The notes: a model not told the origin generated them from the letters alone. Shown: positions 51,641 to 64,000, numbered from the stretch's first letter. The stretch is DNA of 64,000 nucleotides from Octopus vulgaris (GCA_951406725.2 OX597826.1:1612001-1676000), one strand, 5' to 3'. Made by a program: numbers and translations.

Positions 51641-52609
51641 TATATATATATACACACACACACACACATATACACGCACACACACACAAACACATATATA
51701 TATATGAATGTGTGTCTGGTGCAACAAGTCCATGGTTTGCAATTGTCTTACTAATTACTCAATACTAGCAATAATAGTTAAGAACACAGAATACAGAAGC
51801 ACACGGCAGGTGGAGCTGCTGTGCATTTGTGTGCGTGGGAGAAGGGAGGTGCAAGGTACTTAATTACCAGTGTTCCTTCAACACCAAAATAGAACAAACC
51901 ATCCTCTTTCCAAACCCCACACGAAATAGAGGATAGAGACGGTGGCGGGGAGGGCACGGGGAGAAGGGGTGGATAAAAACAAAGGGATATAGAGAAAAAA
52001 AAATTAAGAACCTCCCCCACTAAGACTACCGCACAACCCCCCCCCCCCATTCCTGTTCTACACCTGACATCCACTACCACCACCACCACCATCATGGCCC
52101 ACAACTGCTTGTCCTGCCCCCACCCCCATCCTCAGCTACAGGTGGTTTTACTTGGCTATTTAGAGTACCCTATAATTTTGCCCTGGACCTTCAAGAAATA
52201 CCAGCAGACCAGTGATACTGTGACATCTAATATTGACCTGATGACCTCTTGACCTCACAAATACCTGACATTAGGAAACTGTGACATTTTGGTTAATGAT
52301 GATAGAAGGTGGTAGTGGTGGTAGTAGTAGTTAGAGGTAATTGTAGTAGTAGTAGTAATGGAAGTGGTGGTAGTAGAAATGGTAGTGGGAGTAGTAATAG
52401 TAGTAGAGGTAATTGTGGTGGTGGTGAGTGCAGTGGTTGTGTGAAAGTACCACCATGAGTAGGAACACTATATCACAGCAATTAGTGGTGATGATGGAAG
52501 TGATTGTGATAGTAGTAGTAGTAGTGGTGGTGGTGGTGTGACCTCCAGGGGTAAGGATTGAACACCACCAGTACAATAAAGATTGTATCAAAGTAATTGA
52601 TGGCAATGT

Positions 52610-52865
52610 TGTGACGGTAGTGGTGGTGGTAGTGGCAGTTGGGGTAGTAGTCGTGGTGGTAGTGGCAGTTGTGGTAGTAGTGGTGGTGGTAGTGGCAGTT
52701 GGGGTAGTAGTGGTGGTGGTAGTGGCAGTTGGGGTAGTAGTGGTGGTGGTAGTGGCAGTTGGGGTAGTAGTGGTGGTGGTAGTGGCAGTTGTGGTAGTAG
52801 TGGTGGTGGTAGTGGCAGTTGGGGTAGTAGTGGTGGTGGTAGTGGCAGTTGGGGTAGTAGTGGTG
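52610..52865. repeat. 30-bp minisatellite, about 8 copies
   Basis: TGGTGGTGGTAGTGGCAGTTG(G/T)GGTAGTAG. Explains the Pro/Leu, His/Tyr and Val periodic ORFs. Confidence 0.95.
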
Positions 52866-52934
52866 GCATGTAAGTCTGATTATGATAGTAGAGACAGAGA
52901 ACACAGTTGTGACCATATTGATAATAGTTTCAAA

Positions 52935-53195
52935 TTTCGCCACAGGGACAGTAAATTTTGGGTAACAGGACTAGTCAATTACATCAACCCCAGTGTGTAA
53001 CTGGTACTTATTTAATCGACCCCGGAAAGATGAACGGTAAAGTCGACCTCGGCGGAATTTGAACTCAGAACGTAAAGACAGACGAAATACCTATATCGTT
53101 ACTACCCACAAAGGGCTAAACACGGAGAGACAAACAAGGACAGACAAACGGATTAAGTTGATTACATCAACCCCAGTGCGTAACTGGTACTTATG
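52935..53195 (-). mobile_element. Two family A pieces joined at the GGTATTT site
   Basis: Minus strand: young-subfamily tail ...GTGGGTAGTAACGATATA|GGTATTTCGTCTGTCTTTACGTTCTGAGTTCAAATTCC... This is the same junction as at 7174. Confidence 0.75.
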
Positions 53196-53321
53196 ATAAT
53201 CATTATAGCTGTCATTGTTTAACACCAGGCAGTGCTGATCTAACACAGTGCCCTGCAACCGGTGTCCCACAAATTGATGCTGGATGTACTGCAGTGTAAC
53301 CTAGATATTTCTTTTCCTGTA

Positions 53322-53390
53322 CAGTAATCCCTCGACTGTTGCAATTGTTACATTCCAAAACCTCCCACAGAAATAATTAAAATCTAAAAA
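53322..53390 (+). mobile_element. Tigger/pogo-like TIR fragment
   Basis: TA|CAGTAATCCCTCGACTGTTGCAATTGTTACATTCC resembles the CAGT..CCCTCG...GCGG..GTTACGTTCC termini. No partner found. Confidence 0.45.
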
Positions 53391-54156
53391 AATAAATACC
53401 TATTGGCTGCAGAAACCCACAGATATACTGAGGACTGTGTGTGTGTGTCTTTGCCCCCACCACTTGATAACTGGTGTTGGTGTGTTTACATCCGAATAAC
53501 TTAGCAGTTTGGCAAAAGAAATTGATAGAATAAATACCAGGCTTTAAAACAAACAAAAAAAAACCCTGCAGTTGATTTATTTGATTAAAACCCTTCAAGG
53601 CGGTGCCCCAGCATGGCCTCAGTCTAATGACTGAAACAAGTAAATGATGTGTGTGTGTGTGTGTGTGTGTGCAGTCATCTTCATGACCATCCCCTAAGAC
53701 AGCAAGCTGGCAGAATCGTTAAAGCACCAGGGAAAATGCTTAGCAGTATTTTGTTCATCTTGATGTTCTGAGTTCAAATTCTGCTGAGGTCATCTTTGTC
53801 ATTTGTCCTTTTGGGGTTGATAAAATAAGTACCAGTTGAATACTGTGGGTCGGTGTAATTGACTTAGTCCCTTCTTTGAAATTGCTGGCATTGTGCCAAA
53901 ATTATGAATCATTATGACCATCCCTACTGACGATGGCCCAGTGGAGCTGTTAGAGTGTCAGACAAAATGTCTTGTGATATTTTGTGCAGCTTTCGTGCAA
54001 GTGGTTCTGTCTGCGCTTCTGTGTATGTATGGGTGTTTCTGCAAGTGTTTTGCTATGTGTGTGCTTGCGTTTCCATATGCACGTGTATGTGTGTGTATGT
54101 GGGTTTCTCTATGTTTGTGCACATGTGTACGTATTTCTGTATGTATGTGTATTTCT

Positions 54157-54375
54157 TATTTCTTTACTGCCCACAAGGGGCTAAACATAGAGGGGACAAA
54201 CATGGACAGACAAAGGGATTAAGTCGATTATATCGACCCCAGTGCGCAATTTATTGACCCCAAAAGGATAAAAGGCAAAGTCGACCTCGGTGGAATTTGA
54301 ACTCAGATTGTAAAGACAGATGAAATGCCGCTACGCATTTTGTCTGGCGTGCTAACGATTCTGCCAGCTCGCTGC
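54157..54375 (-). mobile_element. SINE family A, young subfamily
   Basis: Full head to AAGAAATAAGAAAT tail. TGTGTATTTCT is present on both flanks. Confidence 0.8.
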
Positions 54376-55384
54376 TCTGTGTGTGTATTTCTGTATATTG
54401 TGTTACTGCTGTGTGTGTGGTTCTGTATGCATGTGTTTCCTTGTGTGTCTGTGAGTGAGTGAGTCTGTGTATTTGCATGCATGTATGTGTTTCCATGTGT
54501 GTGTGTACGTGTGTTTTCATGCATGCATGTATGTGTTTCCATGTGTTTTTGTATGTGCACGTGCATGTGTTTCTATGTAAATGCAAATTTCTGGCTTCCC
54601 TCCTACCCACCTCCCAATATGTGTGCCATGACAACGATAACGAAGTATGGCTGACAAACGAACGTTAATAAAATGCATATAAAGTGGTACCCACCCACCC
54701 TTCCTCCCTCCACCACCTTCCTCTGGGAATACTTTGAAGATGAGATGATGACGATAAAATGCACGACAATATGTCGACATATCAGAACGTGCCACTGCTG
54801 AGCACCTCTGGGAGAAAGAAATAAGCTCTTGGCAAACCGATTCTCTGGTCAAGGACATTTTCCTGAGCTTATGGCACCAAAGCCCTCAGGGAAAGAATAT
54901 TTACACTAATATTTCATTCCATGTCATGCGAGTTTCAATCAACAGAACCAGCTACATGAACCAAAGTGCATGCGTATGTGTGTGAGAAGGTTCTAAGTGA
55001 TCTTTTGGTCTGCTAGAAACAGAAGCCAAATTTCCCTCAAATCACACATTACTGTCTCATAGATTCCTATATATGAAGGTGGGGGTTGATTTGTTTGAAC
55101 ACACAAAAAAAACAAAAAAAACTTTCGTGGCAGTACTCCAGCATGGCCACAGGTAAAAGATAAAATTGTATTTACATCTTTTATCTGATTCCTTTCAGTC
55201 ATTGGACTGTGGTCACGCTGGAGCACTTCCTTGAAGGGTTTCAGTTAAACAAATCAAAGCCCTGTACTTATTTTTTTAAGCCTGGTACTTTTGCCAAACC
55301 ACTACAGTGGAGGAATGTAAACAAACCAACAATGGTTGTCAAGTAGTCGTGGTAGTGGTGGTGGGGAACAAGCACACACACACC

Positions 55385-55418
<34 letters not shown>

Positions 55419-55446
55419 GAACTGGAAGAAATACTGAAAGCCTTTC

Positions 55447-55935
55447 TGGAGTGGCTGTGTGGTAGGTAAATAGCTTGCTTCCCAACCACATGGTTCCAGG
55501 TTCAGTCCCACTGTGTGGCACCTTGGGTAAGTGTCTTCTACTATAGCCTCGGGCAGACCAAAGCCTTCTGAGTGGATTTGGTAGACGGAAACTGAAAGAA
55601 GCCCATTGTATATGTATACATATTTACATATTTGGGTGGGGGGGATAAACACAGACACACGAACATATACACACACATCATCATTGTTTAACGTCTGCAT
55701 GGAAAGCGGGTGTTAAATGACGATAATGTATGTTTGTATTTCTGTTTTGTCCCCACAACATCGCTTGACAACAGATGCTGGTGTGTTTACATCCCTGTAA
55801 CTTAGCAGTTCGGCAAAAGAGACAGACAGAATAAGTGCTAGGCTTACAAAGAATAAGTCCTGGTGTTGATTTGCTCAACTAAAGGCAGTGCTCCAGCATG
55901 GCCACAGTCACATGACTGAAACAAGGAAAAGAATA
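55447..55935 (+). mobile_element. SINE family B, complete
   Basis: GGAGTGGCTGTGTGG..GGTTCAGTCCC..GCACCTTGGGTAAGTGTCTTC through tail GACTGAAACAAGGAAAAGA. Confidence 0.88.
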
Positions 55936-56577
55936 AAATAAAAACACCCTGAGTCTTTTAATATAAAAAGGCCCAGTAAGGCGGCAAGGTGGCAGAATCG
56001 TTTAACATTCCAAGCAAAAGGCTGAGTGGTGTTTTGTCAGTCCTTATGTTCTGAGTTCAAATCCTGCTAAGGTAGACTTTGCATTTTCATCCTTTTGAAT
56101 TCGATAAAATAAGTACCAGAGGTTGATAGAAATCAGCTTACCCTCTACACCAAAATTGCTGGCCTTGTGCCAAAATTGGAAACCAATGTATAATGCCAGA
56201 TATTCTGAAGGATTGGGGTTTTGTTATTATAATCAGATCTAGTAATTAATTAACTGGCATTTTGGTTAATTAAGCCAACAAAGATGAAAAGCTAAGTTGC
56301 ATATTAAGCTTTAAACTATCAAAACGATTATGAAGAAGAACCTTATAAACTCTACTAAGGATGTTAAAGTAATTATTTATAAACCATGCATAAATAATTA
56401 AATAGTGAAATATATATGACGTGGCTCTTATTTATATCTGTTTTATATTTCTTAACATGTAACATAATACAGTCATAGATTGTTAGGCTGAACATATCTG
56501 TGAAGTAGGTTTATGTTGGGTAGTTGTCTCCCTTCTATTATTCTTATTCCTATTATAGACACCCTACACTCAAAACA

Positions 56578-56881
56578 GTGGAGGCACATACGGCCTAGTG
56601 GTTAGAGCAGCGAACTCGCAGTCGAGGGATCACGGGTTCGAATCTCAGACTGGGAGATGTGTGTGTTTATGAGCGAAACACCTGAGCTCCATGCGGCTCC
56701 GGCAGAAGGTAATGGCAAACTTTTGCTGACTCTTTCGCCACAACTTTCTCTCATTCTTTCCTCCTGCATCTTGTAGCTCACCTGCGACGGACCGGTGTGC
56801 CATCCAGGTGGGGAACCTATACACCAAGGTAACCGGAAAACTGGCCCTATGAGCCAGGCGTGGCTCGAGAAGGAACAAACA
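56578..56881 (+). mobile_element. SINE family D variant with V-domain-like 3' half, full length with 12-bp TSD
   Basis: tRNA-like head with GGCCTAGTGGTTAGAGC and GGGTTCGAATCTC. TSD ACACTCAAAACA at 56566-56577 and 56882-56893. Confidence 0.88.
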
Positions 56882-57585
56882 ACACTCAAAACATGCATAT
56901 GTATGCCTAAACATGCACTTACACACACACAGATGTATATACACAGACCTACTCAATTCTTTATAGCCCACAAGGGACCAAACAAGGGACTAAATTGATT
57001 ACATCGACCACAGTATGTACCTGGTACTTATTTAATCGACCCCGAAAGGATGAAAGGCAAAGTCAACCTCGGCGGAATTTGAACTCAGAACGTAATGGCA
57101 AACGAAATACTGCTAAGCATTTCGCTCGGGGTACACACACACACACACACACGTACACACACACACCCTGTGTGTATTTAATTTATATATATATATATCA
57201 TCATCGTTTAACGTTCGCCTTCCATGCTGCCATGGGTGGGACGATAAATATATGTGTGTGTGTGTTTGTGTATGTGTGTATGTATGTATATATATAAGAC
57301 TAGGTATAAATATCAACACATTGGTAGGTAGTCCCATTTTCTATCAAGTTCTGACCCTGAGGAAATGTTCAATTAACTATAATTCAATATGAATTTCTAA
57401 TTTAATTTTTCTCTAATTTGAATGAATTAATTGGACATGGAAGCAATTGTAGGTCCTCTGAGTTTTAAATTTTGTTCAAAATTAGATTTGTTTCAATAAA
57501 TTCATGTCTACATGCCAAGTTCTTCATTTCCTTCTTATCCAGAAGTGGTAAGATACTCATATCCATCAATGTGAAGCTAGTATCT

Positions 57586-57818
57586 ATTTCTTTACTACCC
57601 ACAAGGGGCCAAACACAGAGAGGACAAACAAGGACAGACAAACGGATTAAGTTGATTATATCAACCCCAGTGCGTAACTGGTACTTAATTTATCTACCCC
57701 GAAAGGATGAAAGGCAAAGTCAACCTCGGCGGAATTTGAACTCAGAACGTAACGGCAGACAAAATACCGCTAAGCATTTTGCCCGGTGTGCTAACGTTTC
57801 TGCCAGCTCGCCGCCTAT
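57586..57818 (-). mobile_element. SINE family A, young full-length copy with 17-bp TSD
   Basis: Head GGCGGCGAGCTGGCAGAAACGTTAG...GAGTTCAAATTCC. TSD ATGTGAAGCTA(G/A)TATCT at 57569-57585 and 57819-57835. Confidence 0.9.
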
Positions 57819-58071
57819 ATGTGAAGCTAATATCTTTTAAGTATTTCATTGATACAGTAGATAAAACCATGGAACTAGGATACTGACATCCCTTTAAGGG
57901 GCATTTATATCCTTGAAATGATTAATACATACATACATATATATAAGAAATTATTAAGATTCAGTTGAATTAGTTACTTAAGTTGGAAGCACCAGCTCAG
58001 TCCGGTATAATCCACACAGCTCAAAGTAAGGGGAATAAAATCAAAATAAGTAACAGGATGTCAATTATTAG

Positions 58072-58157
58072 TGCAATACAACCGTTTCAAGTGGCTCCAT
58101 GTAATTGAACAATGCAAGCAGTACATCAATTTAAATACAGTACCATCTTCAGTTGCA
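58072..58157 (-). ncRNA. Type-I hammerhead motif with long stem II
   Basis: TGCAA-CTGAAGA-TGGT..TGTA..ATTGA...TCAAT-TACA..GCCA-CTT-GAAA-CGGTTG-TA-TTGCA. 5-bp stem I and GUA site. Three unpaired nucleotides before GAAA. Confidence 0.55.
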
Positions 58158-58671
58158 TGAAATATGGATTTTCAACAGACAAGACCTATTAATATAATTT
58201 TTCTTAAATATTTTATCAGAGCTAGAGGATGAACGAATTTCATGTTGCCACTATTGCAACAAAAATAAGCGAAGAGGAGCACAACTAAAATTGGCATCAT
58301 GCTACTTATTTTGATATATATATACATATATGCACATACACTAAAATACACATCATCAACAGCATCTTGTGTCTGTCTTCCACACTGGCATGGGTTAGAT
58401 CTGAGTGGTCAGAGATCTTGTTATCCACTTTGATATGGTTTTTAGGGTGGGATGCCTTTCCTAGCACTCACATCAACCTGTGTACATGTGTGGTGTGTGT
58501 ATACAAGAAGAAAAATCACTGCTTATGACCCTTTACAAGGAACAGGGTCTTTGTGATTCATGGAAGAGAAAAAAGATCTGGTATGAATACTCGTAAGAGA
58601 CTAGGCTAAAGTCACTGAAGGGGCCAGATGAGGGAGTTAAATGAAGCAATAGATCAAAGTCTTCAACTCGT

Positions 58672-59060
58672 ATTTCTTTTATTCTTTTACTTATTTCAGT
58701 CATTTGATGGCAGCCATGCTGGAGCACTGCCTTGAAAGTTTTTTTTTAGTCGAATGAATTAACCCCATTAGTTATTTCTTTTTAAAGCCCAGTACTTATT
58801 CTGTTGGTGTCTTTTTGCCCAACTGCTAAGTTACAGGGATGTAAACACACCAACACTGGTTGTCAAGCAGTGAGGGAGAGACAAACACACACATATATAC
58901 ATACATGCATACACAATGTACTTCTTTCATTCTCCGTCTACCAAATCCACTCACAAGGCTTTGGTTGGCCAGAGGCTTTAGAAGACACTTGCCTAAGGTG
59001 CCATGCAATGGGACTGAACCCAGAACCATGTGGTTGGGAAGCAAGCCTCTTACCACAAAG
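58672..59060 (-). mobile_element. SINE family B, near complete
   Basis: Collinear with 51215-51640. Confidence 0.85.
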
Positions 59061-59255
59061 CCACAGGAATAGAACTTGCTACCTCATGGTTCTGAGCCTG
59101 ACGCTCTAACCACTGAGCCATGCACTTTCACATATATGTATATGTATATATAAACGGACAATAATATACATATATATATAATGTGCATGTAACGATACAC
59201 ATCATTGAAGAACAGAATGGAATAAGCAGAGCAAGAGCACATGTGAAGATGGAAA

Positions 59256-59301
59256 GTGTTGCTGAAGAGGTCACAGATGTGTGACGAAAGATTTCTGGAC
59301 A
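59256..59301 (+). ncRNA. Decayed minimal hammerhead motif
   Basis: GTGTTG-CTGAAGA-G-GTCACA gatg TGTGAC-GAAA-GATT-TC-TGGACA. Strong 6-bp stem II, near-palindromic stem III, weak stem I. Confidence 0.45.
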
Positions 59302-60779
59302 ATGGACCAATGAGTCAGAATAAGAACAGTAATAAATGAGTGAAGAACCGGGTGTATAGTGTGTGCGTTTATTTGGCCAAAAGAAAAAAAAAAGGCAAAA
59401 AATGACCATCCCCAAATACAACACTGTATATCATCATGTATACATACACATATATACACCACCACAATATATATATGTTTTTATTATTTTTTCAATTTAC
59501 TTAATCATCGATATATTATTGTTATTTTAATTTTATTATATTATATATAATATTTTATTTATTATATATTTAATTTCTATTATATGTAATTTTCTAGATG
59601 GTGTAATTTAATTGTTCATTTTGAATTGATAAAAGGTGTTTTTTTTCTAATTTTTATATATATATTATATTGTGTGAAATTGATTTAGTATTTCTTAACT
59701 GAATTTTTCCCTGTAAGTTAGGATTAATATTCCCTCAAATAATATATATATATATATATTTGAATATGTGAATAGATATATAATTTATAAGTGTGTGTGT
59801 ATGCATATCTATCATTCTTGCTCTCTTCCCCTATACGGATGTGTAAAGATACACACACGCAAACACACAGACAGAAAGAGAAAAGAAGGGATGGTGAGAG
59901 AGAGAGATCTCCATGATAGCAAAGCACAGGCAGTCGGTTGTTCCTGTCTCAGGATGTACTGTATGGCTTTGTTTCAGCGAGAAGCTCAAAATATCTTCAA
60001 GATTAGCGCTTACAGACAGGGCTGGAGTATAAGTGTAATCGGTGAATAGCAGCAATTGTAGTATTGGTGGTAGTGATATTCATGGTAGTTGTGGAGCTGC
60101 TGCTGGCCGAGGTGGTAGTGGTGGTGGTGGTGATTGTGGTAATGGTGGTAGTGATGGTGGTGGTGGTAGTAGTGGTGGTGGTGGTTGTGGTGGTGGTGAT
60201 GGTGATTGTGGTGCTAGTACAATGGTGTAGAGTAGTAAGTTCCCATGGTCAGAGAGTCTACTGTTTATTCATAAACAAAGGTAAGCTCATTATATTCTGC
60301 ACCAGGTGAAACTGCAGACGACTTCTTTTGTAATATTATAAGTCAACGTATGCGTGTAAGTGTGTGTGCATGCATGTGTGTGTGTGTGTGTGAAGGGTGG
60401 AGGTGTTGGTGGGATCTTGGTGCAACAGTTTGTTTGATGAATTTAACTTACAGATGATTGTAATACAATCACCATCATCATCATCATCATCCTGATCACC
60501 ATCATCATCATCCTGATCATCATCATCATCATCCTGATAACCAATCATTGTCATCATAATTGCTGTCATCATTGTTATCCTCATTACCATCATCATCGTC
60601 ATCATCAACATAATCATCACCATTGCTAACGTAATTATGAAAACCAGCTAACGGGGAGATCTTTATGCGATCTTCTGAACTGCTAGAAAAAGCAACCAAT
60701 ACTCCCTCAAACATCTTATTCTAACATCTTACAAAACAAAACAAAACAAGAAAAGGGCTCCTTGAATATCTTGCTGTTA

Positions 60780-61630
60780 TCTATAATAATAAACCCAAAA
60801 TTCTGTCTGTCCGTCTGTCTATCCCCTGGGACCCCCCACCCCCGTATCTCAGTCTACATTGAGATACTATACTTTTCTGGAATTAGGATGATCCTGGGAT
60901 TGAAAATCTGTCTTTCATTTGCTTCTTGAACATCCAGCATTGGGATTAGGTCTGGATTAGGATTTGTTATAAGCTAACAGTTGAAAATTGAAAATTTAAA
61001 AAAACTCCAAAAATTTTTGAACTTAGAAGTTTTTCATTTAAACTGAATTCAAAGTAATACTATATTGGCAAGGTACCAATAAATGCTTCATTATTATTGC
61101 TCTCTTTAGTTCGGGGCCACAGGCCCAATTAGCACTTTGCAGGAGCTAACATAACAGTCTACATGGGGTGCGGCTTTTAAGATACTACCTTGAAGTCAAT
61201 AGGTGTAGGTTAAAGTTTTGCCTAATTGTTTGCCTTTCCTCACTATGTTAACCCACTGATTCGAATTCGTTCTGAGGTAACTTATATGGTGCAAATGAGC
61301 TGAAATAACAGCTAAATATGATATCTGCTATTCTTGTTCCCCCCATGGGGTTTGTTTTGCCTGGTTTGAGTACTCAGTGTTTATTTTAACATGTAATGTT
61401 TTAAAGGGACGTTCTACAGCTACCAAATCCACTCCCAGGCCTTCGGTTGGTCCAAGGCTGTAAGAGAAGAGACTTGCCCAAGGTGGCATGCAGTGGGACT
61501 GAACCCCAAACCAAGTGGTTAGGAAGCAAACTTCTTACCTCACAGCTACACCCAGGTATATAATCTTGTATACATACATGTAAATTATACTTTACTGAGA
61601 GTCCAATGAAAACTAACGGGCAAAAACTTC
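60780..61630 (+). mobile_element. Older Helitron-like element, with nested family B head at 61410-61550
   Basis: 5' A|TCTATAATAATAAACCC..(GTCT)n as at 456 and 21936. Possible decayed 3' hairpin GTCCAATGAAAACTAACGGGC near 61601-61621. The 3' boundary is uncertain. Confidence 0.4.
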
Positions 61631-61959
61631 GAAGTCACTATACCACTCTGCTTCTAATAGTATAATAACTATCGTGCTTTACAAAAAGTATTGAACAATT
61701 TGATTTAATGTAAAATTGTTTTTATTCTAACTTGATATAAACACACAAACACACACACACACACACATACATGGGAGTGTGTATGTTTTGTATATTTACA
61801 TTGCTTCATGAGATGAATGAATGAAATAAATGGCAACAAATTCTTTCAGATTTCCTGTCTGAGGACAAAGAAACCATTTATGGCACCAACTTCCTACATC
61901 TTCTCTGATGTTTGTTCAACAGTTCATTACAGTACTCTCTCGAGAGACATTTAAGTGGT

Positions 61960-62820
61960 TCTTTAACCAGTTGTACTGATATCATCTATATTAACTGTTT
62001 TGTGATATTAGCTATTACAGTATCAACATAATGGTATTACTTATGATGTCAGCAATTCCAGTGCCAATTTAAGAATATCAGCTGTTGTGATAATGTAATG
62101 TTATCAGCTGATATCATAACTGCTATTATGATATCAGCTGTTATGACATCGACTATAATATCAGTGATAATAGCATCAGCTCTAACAATATTAGCCGTTA
62201 TATCAACAAAATAATGTTAGCTATTATGATATCAACATAAAAGTATCAGATTTTATGATATCAGCATAATCATATCAGTTGCTATAATGTAAAAGTAATT
62301 AATAGTGATAAAAGCAGAAGGCGCATGCCTCAGTGGTTAGAGTGTTGAGCTTATGATAGTGAGGTTGTGAGTTCAATTCCTGGATTGGGCTGTGTGTTGT
62401 GTTCTTGAGCAAGACGCTTTATTTTCACATTGCTCAGTTCACTCAGCTGTAGAAATGAGTTGCAACGTCACTGGTGCCAAGCTGTATCGGCCCCTTGCCT
62501 TTCCCTTGGATAACATCTAGGTGCAATCCCATGGTCATTCATGACCAAAGGGGGTCTCCTCCTCAATATGAAGCAGTAATCTTGATTTCCAACTTAATGT
62601 AGCAGTTGTGTTAGACAACAGAATACTGCATTTTTATCTTGAGAGGGAATGATATCAACCATAATATCACTATGATGGTATCAGCTATAATGTTATTACC
62701 CATTATGATATCAACATAATGATATCAGCTGCCATGATATCAAGACTGGAATTACTCGTTATATCAGCGTAACAATATCAGCTGGTTTGATATCACCATA
62801 ATATTAGCTGTTATTGAACA
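61960..62820. repeat. Degenerate tandem repeat built on (GA)TATCAGC(TGTTAT), interrupted by a family C SINE
   Basis: TATCAGC/TATCAAC motifs recur every ~15-30 bp at 61975-62290 and 62650-62815, with a few more at 63480-63520. Confidence 0.65.
62319..62560 (+). mobile_element. SINE family C
   Basis: AGGCGCATGCCTCAGTGGTTAGAG..GAGTTCAATTCC..TGTGTTCTTGAGCAAGACGCTTTATTTTCACATTGCTCAGTTCACTCAGCTGTAG. Confidence 0.8.
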
Positions 62821-64000
62821 TTCAGTATGGGACATCAGTAACATTTGCCTTATAAAACAAATACTAGTTGAATACTGGGGTTGATGAATCAGGGGTCGAT
62901 GTATTAAACTAACCCCCTCTTCCAAAATTGCTACCCTTGTGGTTAAATTTGAAACAAATATTATTATTATTATTATTATTATTAGAGCTGCTTCATGTTG
63001 CCAAAGTCAACTTAGCCTTTCATCTTTTCGGGGTTGATAAAACAAGTACCAGTTGAACACTGGGGTCGATGTAATTAACTTACCCACCCCACTCCCTGAA
63101 ATTGCTGGCCTTGTACCAAAATTTGAAAGTATTATTAGAGCTGCTTCTAATTCAAAATTTAATTTTGTTTCGCTTGTGCAGCACCATTGCACATCAGCAG
63201 ATAGATTTTACGGTATCTGCTATCAGCATATATACCTTGGCCCAGTTATTCTAATTCGTTTTGAGGCGACTCAGGTATGCGATGCTGAAGAGCTGAAATA
63301 ACAGTGAAACATCAATATCCATCATTCCCATTTACCTACGGTGAGAGTCATCTTGTTTGGTTTGAAGTATTCTGTGTTTTTTAGCCCTTGGCCACCTGGC
63401 TTCTTAAAGGGATTTCCCCACTGATACAGTCCCACAGCTAATAAGCACACAGACAAAACCCCTACATTCAGTTTGTGACATCAGTAATAATGTCACAGTT
63501 ATCATGATATCAGCCATTACATCACCATTTAATGACTGTTGTCCATGATGGACATGGGTTGGACAGTTTGACCAGAGCTGGTAAGCTGAGGGGTCACACT
63601 AGACTCTGATCTGATTTGGCATGGTTTCTATGGCTGGATACCCTTCCTAACACCAACCATTGTGAGACTGTAATGGGTGCATTTACATGCCACTGGCACA
63701 GGTGCCAGTTGTGTGACACCAGTATCCACCATGACTGCGATTCCACTTGGCTTGATGGGTTTTCTGCTCAAGCACGGCATTTTGCCAACCCTAAAGGGTA
63801 TAAAACTGTGTGATCCCTTTAATGCCCTTTCATGCCATAACTTAGCAGTTCAACAAATAGGAGTGGATAAAGTAATTACTTGACTGAAATAAATACTGGA
63901 ATTGATGAGATTAACTAAATATTTGAAGGCATTGCTCCAGTGTGGGCACAGTCTGATAACTGAAATCAGAAACACAATACAAGAATATATGTGTATGTGT

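Noticed and set aside
52482-53000. Pro-rich, His/Tyr-rich and poly-Val ORFs
   Set aside because: All three arise from one 30-bp minisatellite, with no splice or codon evidence.
56578-56660. tRNA gene candidates at SINE heads
   Set aside because: A and B boxes are present but there is no closed acceptor stem or oligo-T terminator, and they run into SINE bodies with TSDs.

Overview
AT-rich, repeat-dominated animal DNA. The tRNA-derived SINE families and the microsatellite load match what I recall of Octopus (inferred, not searched). I find no supportable host exon, and nearly all ORF-track entries are microsatellite or SINE artefacts. Recognisable content: (1) dozens of copies of about five SINE families, labelled A-E here, some nested and some with target-site duplications (TSDs); (2) a young 5'-truncated CR1-like LINE with an open RT frame (23081-24366, -) inside a multi-kb (TA)n array; (3) decayed transposons: R4/Dong-like RLE fragments, mariner, DD41D and maT/DD37D-type Tc1/mariner relics, a complete non-autonomous Helitron and hAT MITEs; (4) minisatellites that grew inside mobile elements, fold-back palindromes and a 100-N gap. 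The main hidden signal is about 10 loci with minimal type-I hammerhead ribozyme (HHR) motifs: stem I-CUGANGA-stem II-GAAA-short palindromic stem III-UH-stem I. They belong to several unrelated short non-coding elements, mostly next to (TA)n, arranged as inverted pairs, a partial tandem with a 352-bp period, or behind a tRNA-like Pol III head. This points to a diverse population of Penelope-dependent or retrozyme-like ribozyme retroelements. All folds were read by eye and need computational and in vitro confirmation.
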